Shown here in pieces: positions 15,660 to 22,993 of a stretch of DNA of 34,705 nucleotides. The translations under genes and the position numbers were made by a program. The number at the start of each line of letters is the position of its first letter. Within the stretch, counting starts at the first letter, position 1. The notes under the pieces were generated by a model. It had not been told where the DNA came from. It did no database searches and saw only the letters and a list, made by a program, of their open reading frames with translations. Source of the stretch: a virus (Duplodnaviria > Caudoviricetes); IMG/VR virus record IMGVR_UViG_3300016265_000662, positions 1-34,705 of that record. One strand, 5' to 3'.

Positions 15660-16627
15660 ACGCCCCCGACCGCATCAACTGGCTGGCCCGCCGCCAGTCC
15701 GGCATCGGCGGCAGCGACGTTGCCGGCATCCTCGGCCTCTCTCCGTGGGCGACGCCGCTCGACGTGTACTTGAGCAAGGTTGAGCCGCCGGTCGACCGCG
15801 ACCTCGGCGAGCCTGCCTATTGGGGCAACGTGCTGGAGTCCGTCGTCGCCGACGAGTACCAGCGCCGCACCAACTTGCCTGTCGTGGCCGTGCCAGAAAT
15901 TCTGCGCTCAGTCGATCACGACTGGATGGTCGCCAACATCGACCGGGCCATCGGGTCGGGCGTCGAGGTTGTCGACGGCGTGCTCATCAACGCGGCCGGC
16001 TTGCTCGAATGCAAGACGGCGAGCGCGTTCAAGGGTAGCGACTGGGGCCGCGACGGTGACGACGACGAAGTGCCCGTCTACTACGCGGCGCAGTGCATGT
16101 GGTACCTCGCCGTCACCGGCCATGAATGGATCGACGTGGCCTGCCTGATCGGCGGCCAGCGCTACACGCAGAAGCGCATCACCCGCGACGACGACACGAT
16201 TGCCGTGATGGTCGAGCGATGCAGCGTGTTCTGGCACCAGCACGTCGCGACCCGCACGCCCCCGCCCCCGACCACTGCGGCCGACGTGCTCACGCTGTAC
16301 CCCGCCGATGACGGCCAGACCGTCGAGGCCGGCGAGCGCGAGCTGGTCGCCTACTCCGAGGCTGTCGCCCTGCGTCAGCAGATCGAGGCGCTGGAGGCCG
16401 AGCTGGAGGCGCGCACCGAGGCGCTCAAGGTCGCCATCGGCGAGCGGGCTGCCCTGACCTGCGACGGTCGTCAGCTCGTCACTTGGAAGGCTGCGAAGGC
16501 GTCGACCAAGACCGACTGGAAGGCGCTTGCCGAGTCCTTCAAACCCAACCCCGAATGGCAGGACCGCTTCGCCGCGGCCACCACCACCGTGCCCGGCTCG
16601 CGCCGGTTCATTTTCTGCAAGAGGTAA
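15656..16627 (+). CDS. YqaJ-like (lambda-exo family) recombination exonuclease
   Basis: WLARRQSGIGGSD, ANIDR, LLECKT, YYAAQCMWY motifs. Confidence 0.93.
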   Translation: MNAPDRINWLARRQSGIGGSDVAGILGLSPWATPLDVYLSKVEPPVDRDLGEPAYWGNVLESVVADEYQRRTNLPVVAVPEILRSVDHDWMVANIDRAIGSGVEVVDGVLINAAGLLECKTASAFKGSDWGRDGDDDEVPVYYAAQCMWYLAVTGHEWIDVACLIGGQRYTQKRITRDDDTIAVMVERCSVFWHQHVATRTPPPPTTAADVLTLYPADDGQTVEAGERELVAYSEAVALRQQIEALEAELEARTEALKVAIGERAALTCDGRQLVTWKAAKASTKTDWKALAESFKPNPEWQDRFAAATTTVPGSRRFIFCKR

Positions 16628-16630
16628 CCC

Positions 16631-17605
16631 ATGACCACCGCATTGAAATCCGCCGTTACCGGCACCCCGGCAAAGCGCCGGCCCGACACCATCGCGGGCC
16701 TGCTGACCGATCCGTCCATCAAAGCGCAGATCGCGCTGGCCCTGCCGAAGCACATGACCGCCGAGCGCCTGGCGCGCATTGCGCTGACCGAGGTGCGCAA
16801 GGTGCCGGCGCTGGCCAAGTGCGATCAGGCATCGTTCTTGGGCGCGATCATGCAGTGCGCCCAGCTCGGCCTTGAGCCCGGCGGCGCACTCGGCCACGCC
16901 TACCTGCTGCCGTTTGAGAACCGCAAGCGGGGCATCACCGAGGTGCAATTCATCGTCGGCTACCGGGGCATGATCGACCTCGCCCGCCGCAGCGGTCAGA
17001 TCCTGAGCATCGAGGCCCGCGCGGTGTACGAGGCCGACCAGTTCGAGGTGCGCCTAGGGCTTAACTCCGACCTCGTCCATGTTCCGGCGTGGGACGCGCA
17101 GGACCGCGGCCCGCTCCGGTTTGTCTACGCCGTGGCGAAACTCCGCGACGGCGGCACCCAGTTCGAGGTGATGTCCCGCGTCGAGGTCGAGCGCGTGCGA
17201 GCCAAGTCACGCGCCGCGAACAATGGCCCGTGGGTCGACCACTTCGAGGAAATGGCGAAGAAAACCGTCATCCGCCGGCTGTTCAAATATTTGCCCGTCA
17301 GCATCGAACTCGCCCAGGCCGTCGCCCTTGACGAGCAGGCCGAAGACGGCCGCGCGCAGGACAACCCGCTGACCATCGACGTGGAGCCCACGGAGCCGAC
17401 GCACGAGCGCACGGACACGCCGAGCGATGACTTGCCCCTGCCTCGCCTGCTGGAGCTGCTGGAGGGCGCCACGGACGCCGAGGGCATCGACTACGTGCGA
17501 AGCCTCGGCAACCACCTGCAGGACGCCGAGCGCGCCCAGCTCGCGCAGGAGAGCCGCAAGCGCCTGCACGCCCTTGAGGCGGCGACCACGGAGGGCCAGG
17601 CATGA
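16631..17605 (+). CDS. recT: RecT single-strand annealing protein
   Basis: ALPKHMTAERLARI, LGLEPG...HAYLLPF, GYRGMIDLARRSG, EMAKKTVIRRLFKYLP. Confidence 0.95.
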   Translation: MTTALKSAVTGTPAKRRPDTIAGLLTDPSIKAQIALALPKHMTAERLARIALTEVRKVPALAKCDQASFLGAIMQCAQLGLEPGGALGHAYLLPFENRKRGITEVQFIVGYRGMIDLARRSGQILSIEARAVYEADQFEVRLGLNSDLVHVPAWDAQDRGPLRFVYAVAKLRDGGTQFEVMSRVEVERVRAKSRAANNGPWVDHFEEMAKKTVIRRLFKYLPVSIELAQAVALDEQAEDGRAQDNPLTIDVEPTEPTHERTDTPSDDLPLPRLLELLEGATDAEGIDYVRSLGNHLQDAERAQLAQESRKRLHALEAATTEGQA

Positions 17606-17858
17606 GCGGCCTTAGTTTCGGGCCTGCGCTGGCGCTCATCAAAGACGGCTACAGGCTGCAACGGGTCGGCTGGAACGGTAAGGGTATGTATGTGGAGCTT
17701 CAGCTCCCGGACGCGCATAGCAAGATGACGCGGCCTTACGTTTTCATGTTCACAGTTGATGGTGACAGGGTTCCGTGGGTGGCGTCACAAACGGATTTGC
17801 TGGCCGATGACTGGCAGGTTGTTTCTAAGGCCGCGACCACGGAGGCACAGGCATGAGC
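17577..17858 (+). repeat. 31-bp direct repeats (17577-17607 and 17828-17858) flanking the DUF2829 gene
   Basis: AGGCGGCGACCACGGAGGGCCAGGCATGAGC vs AGGCCGCGACCACGGAGGCACAGGCATGAGC, 28/31 identical. Confidence 0.9.
17602..17856 (+). CDS. tad2: DUF2829 / Tad2-like anti-defence nucleotide-signal sponge
   Basis: SFGPALALIKDG..LQRVGWNGKGMY...PWVASQTDLLADDW is the DUF2829 signature; lower GC. Confidence 0.85.
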   Translation: MSGLSFGPALALIKDGYRLQRVGWNGKGMYVELQLPDAHSKMTRPYVFMFTVDGDRVPWVASQTDLLADDWQVVSKAATTEAQA

Positions 17859-18068
17859 AAAACCCGCATCTACATCGTCCACCTGCACATGGACGACAAC
17901 ACCGTCCGCCCGCCGCGCCTGGTGCGCGCCAACAGTAGAGCGCAGGCCGAGCGGCACGTCGCCGCCGGGATGATCACCGCGCACGTCGCGACGCAGGACG
18001 AGCTGGTCGAGCACCTGCCCGCCGGCATCGAGGTCGCGGGCGAGGAACTCGACGAGGCGGCGGAATAG
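17853..18068 (+). CDS. Hypothetical protein
   Basis: 71 aa; TRIYIV...RLVRANSRAQAERHVA...VATQDELV; ATGA-coupled. Confidence 0.75.
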   Translation: MSKTRIYIVHLHMDDNTVRPPRLVRANSRAQAERHVAAGMITAHVATQDELVEHLPAGIEVAGEELDEAAE

Positions 18069-18070
18069 CC

Positions 18071-18265
18071 ATGGGCTGGTGGTTGCTGCTCGCGTGGCTC
18101 GACGGCGGCGTGCCGACCTCGACGATGGTCTACACCGGCCTCGACGAGCAGCGCTGCCTGACTGTGGTGCGCGAGCATTTGGAGGCGCAGCAGGCCCGGC
18201 CTGACCGCTACGTTGAATCGCTGTATGTCGGCTGCGTCGAGGGCAGCCGGCCGAGGAGGATGTGA
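18071..18265 (+). CDS. Hypothetical protein with hydrophobic N-terminus
   Basis: 64 aa; fills the operon gap. Confidence 0.55.
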   Translation: MGWWLLLAWLDGGVPTSTMVYTGLDEQRCLTVVREHLEAQQARPDRYVESLYVGCVEGSRPRRM

Positions 18266-18663
18266 TGTTCCGAGATCGAGCACTGACCACTGCCGAGAAG
18301 CTGGCGCTGGTCGCTGAATGGAAGGCCAGCAGCCTTTCGGCCAACGCCTTTGCTGCCGAGCGCGACTTCAGCGCCAATGCGCTACGACATTGGTCGCGAG
18401 GCGACAAGCTGAGCAAAGTCGGGCGGCCCGTCGGCTATCGCGCCAGCGAGCCCGCTACGGCCGCTGAGGCCGCACGGCGTGAGCGCAAGCGGCAGACGTG
18501 GCTTCGGTACTACGCGGAGAACCGCGAGGCGCAGCGCGCGAGAAACCGCGAGAACTACGTCCGGCGGAAGTGCGCGGGCGCACGGGCACCCACCGCAAAG
18601 CTCAAGCAGATCCGCGCCGAGCGTACCGCTCGCCAGCAGCGGGCGATGGGGATAGGCGCATGA
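18265..18663 (+). CDS. HTH DNA-binding protein (IS66 TnpA-like HTH plus basic helix)
   Basis: KLALVAEWKASSLSANAFAAERDFSANALRHW; GAGGAGG RBS. Confidence 0.7.
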   Translation: MFRDRALTTAEKLALVAEWKASSLSANAFAAERDFSANALRHWSRGDKLSKVGRPVGYRASEPATAAEAARRERKRQTWLRYYAENREAQRARNRENYVRRKCAGARAPTAKLKQIRAERTARQQRAMGIGA

Positions 18664-18950
18664 CCGAACTACTGCAACGCACCGGCCCCGCGTGGCCGGA
18701 CGAACAGCGCGAGGTCTGCGAGCGCTGCCAGCAGGCCGGCGAGCTGTATGACTACGAGCGCGAGCGCCACGACCGGACGGCCGCCGACCTGCGCGAGGCG
18801 AAGAGCGCGCTGCGGGCGATCTACGCGCTCCTGCAGGACCGCGAGCACGACGCGACCGTGCTGCTCGAAATGATCGAGGAGGCGGCGTGTACGGGCCTTG
18901 AGGACTGGGAGCGCGAGGCGGCCGTGCGTGAGTACAGGGAGGGGGCATGA
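18660..18950 (+). CDS. Hypothetical protein
   Basis: 96 aa from ATG 18660; ATGA overlaps at both ends. Confidence 0.65.
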   Translation: MTELLQRTGPAWPDEQREVCERCQQAGELYDYERERHDRTAADLREAKSALRAIYALLQDREHDATVLLEMIEEAACTGLEDWEREAAVREYREGA

Positions 18951-19555
18951 GCACCCAGCGCACTCACTGGTCCGACTGCTGGAAATCAGGCCCTGAGCAT
19001 TACGAGTGCGCGGTGGCCGTAGCCGAGGACGCGCACAAGGCGCAACGGCAGGCCGAAAACGACCTGTCGCAGTACATGGCGCGATGTGCAATGGCCGAGG
19101 CCGAGGTCTTGCGGCTATGCGCCGAAAAGGACGCGGTCAAGGTCGCCGCTTGGGATAAGTTCGCAAGCGCGGTGGGCGAGCGTAATGCATTGCGCGCCGA
19201 TGTCGAGCGGCTGCGGGCCAATATTCGGGCCATCGAGGACGAAAAAAACTCCTATATCGATTACGTCGGCGATGCGCTGGGCCAAGACCACGACGACGAA
19301 AGTCTGTGGGACGCCGCGCAGCGCGTACTGTCCGACCGTGACAGGGTGCGGGTAGAGCGTGATGAATTGTCTGAGCAGTTAACCGAGGCGCGGATTGAGC
19401 GCGATGCACTGCGGGCTGACGCCGAGCGGTATCGGTGGCTGCGTAGAGCAGCCCTGTGGACGGACGAGGTCTGCGCGGCGTTGAGCAACGGCGACCCAGA
19501 CGCCATAGACGCCGCCATCGACACGGCGAGGGGGAGCGATGCCCCGCAAACGTGA
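18947..19555 (+). CDS. Ead/Ea22-like coiled-coil early protein
   Basis: Heptad repeats; DAERYRWLR...DAAIDTA C-terminal motif common in lambdoid early regions. Confidence 0.65.
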   Translation: MSTQRTHWSDCWKSGPEHYECAVAVAEDAHKAQRQAENDLSQYMARCAMAEAEVLRLCAEKDAVKVAAWDKFASAVGERNALRADVERLRANIRAIEDEKNSYIDYVGDALGQDHDDESLWDAAQRVLSDRDRVRVERDELSEQLTEARIERDALRADAERYRWLRRAALWTDEVCAALSNGDPDAIDAAIDTARGSDAPQT

Positions 19556-19796
19556 CGACCGCACACCCAGCTACTGGACCCGCGAGCAGGCGCAGGGATG
19601 GGGTCCGGGCATCGTCGCGCGCTTGGTGGCGGGCGAGACGGTGGACTGCGCGGGGTTCCTGCTCCAGCTCGCGCCCGAGGAGCGCGAGGACTTGGTCGAG
19701 CGTGCGGCGATCATGGAGCACGACGGCGAGCTGCCGCGCGCGGAGGCCGAGCAGCTCGCGCTGGCGCTGGTGATGCAGGAAAGGGGCAAGCGATGA
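19539..19796 (+). CDS. Hypothetical phage protein
   Basis: ERAAIMEHDGELPRAEAE motif; GAGGGGGAG RBS. Confidence 0.7.
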   Translation: MPRKRDDRTPSYWTREQAQGWGPGIVARLVAGETVDCAGFLLQLAPEEREDLVERAAIMEHDGELPRAEAEQLALALVMQERGKR

Positions 19797-20104
19797 CCGA
19801 CATGAAACGAAACCGCGCCTACGAGGTAATCGAGTACATCCAGCGCAGCGGGCCGGTCATGGCCGAAGACCTCATGCACGACCTGAAGATCCAGCGCAAC
19901 TGCGCCGGCCGCCATCTGCGCGAGCTGTGGACGCTGGAGCTGATCCACATTTGCAGCTGGGATCGCCGGTACCAACAGCCGGTGCCGGTCTACCGATGGG
20001 GCAACCGGCCCGATGTGCCGAGGCCGGCGGCGTACACGAACGCCCAGACGCGGCGCCGGTACGCCGACAAGAGGAGGGCCGAACGTGCTGCTCACAGCCA
20101 ATGA
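19793..20104 (+). CDS. Winged-helix DNA-binding protein
   Basis: VIEYIQRSGPVMAEDLMHDLKIQRNCAGRHLREL...IHICSW; ATGA-coupled. Confidence 0.7.
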   Translation: MTDMKRNRAYEVIEYIQRSGPVMAEDLMHDLKIQRNCAGRHLRELWTLELIHICSWDRRYQQPVPVYRWGNRPDVPRPAAYTNAQTRRRYADKRRAERAAHSQ

Positions 20105-20453
20105 CGTGGCCGCCCGGCTGCAGGTCTCGACCAAGACCGTCTGGCGCCTGGTCGACTCCGGGACGTTGGCGGCGGTACGCTTGACCCAGAGCCGCCGGGG
20201 TTGGCGGTTCACGGAGGCGGCCGTCGAAGCCGCCGTGACGGAAAGCGAACGGAGGAACGCTCCATGCCCATCCGCAGGCGTGGCGACGGCTGGCAGGTCG
20301 ACGTACAGGTCGGCGGACGCCGTGCTAGACAGACTGTTGGGACCAAAGCCTCGGCAATCGAAGTCGAGGCGAAGCTCCGGCGTAACCTCGAGCGCGAGCG
20401 CGTCGGCATCAGCCCCAGTCGTACCCTTGAGGACGCGCTGGCCGAATACCTGA
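20085..20453 (+). CDS. xis: Excisionase (MerR/HTH_17-like); C-terminal tail overlaps int
   Basis: GAGGAGG RBS; LLTANDVAARLQVSTKTVWRLVDSGTLAAVRL; directly upstream of the integrase. Confidence 0.8.
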   Translation: MLLTANDVAARLQVSTKTVWRLVDSGTLAAVRLTQSRRGWRFTEAAVEAAVTESERRNAPCPSAGVATAGRSTYRSADAVLDRLLGPKPRQSKSRRSSGVTSSASASASAPVVPLRTRWPNT

Positions 20454-21217
20454 CCACCAGCGCCACGGCGCTGCGGTCGTACGAGTCCCTGCTGTATGTC
20501 GCCAAGGTCATCCGGCCGTTCCTCGGCCGCCCGATAGACCGCATTTCAGACGCCGCCGCCGACATCATCCGCGACGGGCAGAAGCGCGAGCGCACTCCCG
20601 CCACCATCAACCGGCAGCTGGCCATGCTTCGCAGGCTGGGGAATCTGGCCTACAAGTGGGGCTGGACCGACAGCCCGCTCGGCAAGCGGGTCGAGCTGCT
20701 GCGGGAGAACCAGGAGCGCCACGTCTACCTGAACCAGCAGCAGGTCGCAGAGATTGCCCGCCACGCCGACCACGAGGGCACCAGGGACGCGATCTGGCTA
20801 GCCGCTACCACCGGCCTGCGGCGGGGCGAATTGCTCGCCCTGCGCCCGGAGCATTACCGAGACGGGGCCTTGTGGCTCGCGACCAGCAAGTCCGGCCGGC
20901 CGCGGCGCGTGCCCGTACCGGCTGACGCCCGCTACATCTGCGAGCGCCTGCCGCTGGCCGTGACTGTCGTCGCCCTGCGTAAAGACTTCAACCGGGCGCG
21001 GCGCAAAGCCGGGCTGCCGGGCGTGCGCTTCCATGATCTGCGCCACACGTTTGCGTCGTGGGCCATCGACGCCGGGGTCGACCTGCGCCTGCTCAAAGAT
21101 TTGATGGGCCACTCGACGATGCAGATGACGAGTCGGTATGCTCACCTCGAGGACCGGCACCACGATCAGGCGATGCGGCGCATGGCGCGCAAGCGCAAGC
21201 CTGTGACGCGTACGTGA
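20264..21217 (+). CDS. int: Tyrosine integrase
   Basis: GGAGGA RBS; TGLRRGEL, SKSG, HDLRH, MGH and RYAH catalytic residues; adjacent to attP. Confidence 0.95.
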   Translation: MPIRRRGDGWQVDVQVGGRRARQTVGTKASAIEVEAKLRRNLERERVGISPSRTLEDALAEYLTTSATALRSYESLLYVAKVIRPFLGRPIDRISDAAADIIRDGQKRERTPATINRQLAMLRRLGNLAYKWGWTDSPLGKRVELLRENQERHVYLNQQQVAEIARHADHEGTRDAIWLAATTGLRRGELLALRPEHYRDGALWLATSKSGRPRRVPVPADARYICERLPLAVTVVALRKDFNRARRKAGLPGVRFHDLRHTFASWAIDAGVDLRLLKDLMGHSTMQMTSRYAHLEDRHHDQAMRRMARKRKPVTRT

Positions 21218-21417
21218 CGCGACTCCGGCTTTTCGGGCCTGTTTCAGACCCGGGAGCCCTGTAAATCCCGCGGATTTTCGCGACTGTCTGGACTGGGAGC
21301 CGACTTAAAATCCGGAGGCCGCAAGGTCGTACCGGTTCGATTCCGGTCCCGGGTACCAAGGACTTAGCGCAATTTTCTACAGCCCGCAGAGCTACGCTGT
21401 GACGCGCAGGTGACGCG
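21201..21417 (+). other. attP: core is the 3' half of tRNA-Leu(UAA) (21302-21358), with paired arm-type repeats on both sides
   Basis: GACTTAAAATCCGG, long variable arm, GGTTCGATTCC, ...GGGTACCA; no D-arm or 5' acceptor strand; GTGACGCG at 21203, 21214, 21399 and 21410. Confidence 0.9.
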
Positions 21418-21419
21418 CA

Positions 21420-21584
21420 TCACCGCTCCCGCCTGAACACCTCGACGACCGCGATGATGCTGGCCACCGCGCCGCCGATGGCCGGAATGGCGTCCGGGTG
21501 CAGCTGCACGCCGAATGCGCCGACGAGCAGCGCGAGGCCCCGCCAGGTTGACGGCTCGCGCAGGCGAGCGAGTAGATAGTCCAT
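21420..21584 (-). CDS. Small holin-like membrane protein
   Basis: MDYLLARLREPSTWRGLALLVGAFG...GAVASIIAVVEVFRRER, 54 aa, two hydrophobic segments; AGGGGG RBS; not in the ORF track. Confidence 0.7.
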   Translation of the reverse strand: MDYLLARLREPSTWRGLALLVGAFGVQLHPDAIPAIGGAVASIIAVVEVFRRER

Positions 21585-21593
21585 GTGAGCCCC

Positions 21594-21812
21594 CTATTTG
21601 ATCACGCCGAACACGGCGGCCAGCTTGGCCATGGCAGCGCCGGCTGCCCCGGCCGCGCCACCTACGAGCATCAGCGTCTTCCACCCGCCGCGCGCCTCGG
21701 CCAGCGTTTGCCTGATCTCGGCCAGCTCGTGGCGCATCTCCCGCATCTCGTACTGGAGGTGCTCAATCGTGGCCTTGTGCTGGCCCACCTGCTGGTAGAG
21801 TTCGTCAGACAC
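21594..21812 (-). CDS. Coiled-coil plus C-terminal TM lysis-cassette protein (holin/XhlA-like)
   Basis: GTG with GGGAGG RBS; coiled coil then GGWKTLMLVGGAAGAAG. Confidence 0.65.
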   Translation of the reverse strand: MSDELYQQVGQHKATIEHLQYEMREMRHELAEIRQTLAEARGGWKTLMLVGGAAGAAGAAMAKLAAVFGVIK

Positions 21813-21920
21813 TCGCAATGCCTCCCACATGCTGATCGGGGCGGTGAACGCCAGAAGCGCAGGCCGCACGGCCTGCCTGAAAGTGAGTCGCTCGGCATCC
21901 ATGCCGGAAGGGTCTGGCCC

Positions 21921-22283
21921 TCATGCGCGCCCGCCATGGCGCACGGAGAAATGATTGCCGTCGGGACGAGTGAACCGCCCGCCCCACGCGCAGTCGGGCG
22001 CGAGGCTTTCCCAGTATTCGCCGAGCTTCGTGTACGCGGCGCTGTCGGTCTGGTAGACGCCATCGAGGAACAGGTTCAGGTCGACCGCGAGCCGCTCGAT
22101 GTGCAGCGAATTGACGATGCCCTTGCCGGCCTGGGCGTTGAGCTTCGCCTGCTCCGGTGTGCGCCACGCCTCGCCGAAGGTCAGCTCCATGCCGTTGTCG
22201 TAGGCGTATTCGATGAGCAGCCCGACGAGGCGAACGAAGCGCCGCTGCTTCTGTCCGAGCGTCTCGCGCACGACGGTGGTCAT
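21921..22283 (-). CDS. Endolysin, M15 family metallopeptidase
   Basis: EAWRT...SLHIERLAVD...WGGRF...DGNHFS zinc-binding motifs. Confidence 0.9.
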   Translation of the reverse strand: MTTVVRETLGQKQRRFVRLVGLLIEYAYDNGMELTFGEAWRTPEQAKLNAQAGKGIVNSLHIERLAVDLNLFLDGVYQTDSAAYTKLGEYWESLAPDCAWGGRFTRPDGNHFSVRHGGRA

Positions 22284-22990
22284 GCGGGCCAGTCCACGGC
22301 CGCGACCTCGCCCTGCGTCGTCGCTGCGGCGATCTGGTCCTTCAGGGCGCGGGCCGTGAAGTGTGCCTGCTGGACGCGGCCGAACACGACGGCACCGAGC
22401 GCGACGAGCTGGGCCGGGGTCAGATCGTGGTCGACGTTGTTGGCGTCTCGCCAGCTCACCGCTTCCGGCGCTGGCATGCCGTAATTCGGCGCGGCCTGGA
22501 TGAACGCGACCGCCGCGGTCAGGTTCTGGATGCTGGCCGGGTCGCTGTCGAACGGCCAGCCCATGAACTGGACGCCGCCCGCGATGAACTCGTCGCGTCG
22601 TCCATTGATGTAGACATCACGCGCCCGCCGGGCCTTGGCCAGTAGCTCGTCGGCGGTTTCGGCGCGCAGCGTGCCGGTGTCGTCCACGATCATGCCGGTG
22701 GGGTCAAAGCTCACGACCTGCTCGTCGTCCGCCAGCGGGTCGAACGGCGACACACGCCGAGCCTGCACCGCGCGACCGACGCCCGTCGAGCGCCACGCCC
22801 AGTCGAACTCGGCTTCCAGTTTGAACGGCACACCCGAGCGGGCCAGCTCGTCGACGAGGTCGGAGCCTGCCAGCGGCGCGGGCTGGTCGATGGTCAGCGC
22901 ATGCGCCGCCAGCGCCTCCGTGAACCACTGGACCTGCGCCTCGAGCTGGGCGCGGGTGCCGTCGTATTCGGTCGCGTAGATGATGCGCAT
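22280..22990 (-). CDS. Tail fibre assembly/chaperone-like protein (C-terminal DUF4376-like)
   Basis: FDSDPASIQNL...WRDANN...LTPAQLVALG...ARALKDQI; follows the tail fibre gene. Confidence 0.75.
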   Translation of the reverse strand: MRIIYATEYDGTRAQLEAQVQWFTEALAAHALTIDQPAPLAGSDLVDELARSGVPFKLEAEFDWAWRSTGVGRAVQARRVSPFDPLADDEQVVSFDPTGMIVDDTGTLRAETADELLAKARRARDVYINGRRDEFIAGGVQFMGWPFDSDPASIQNLTAAVAFIQAAPNYGMPAPEAVSWRDANNVDHDLTPAQLVALGAVVFGRVQQAHFTARALKDQIAAATTQGEVAAVDWPA

Positions 22991-22993
22991 GGC

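Noticed and set aside
20264-20453. xis/int 190-nt overlap as a novel feature
   Set aside because: Overlap of xis with the int start is common in temperate phages, and the xis tail is low-complexity.
21270-21358. Intact phage tRNA-Leu gene
   Set aside because: Only the anticodon loop onward is present. The 5' acceptor strand and D-arm are missing and the anticodon stem pairs poorly; it is the attP core.
21850-21918. Hammerhead or other self-cleaving ribozyme
   Set aside because: The CUGANGA and GAAA core elements are not correctly placed on either strand; kept only as an unassigned structure.
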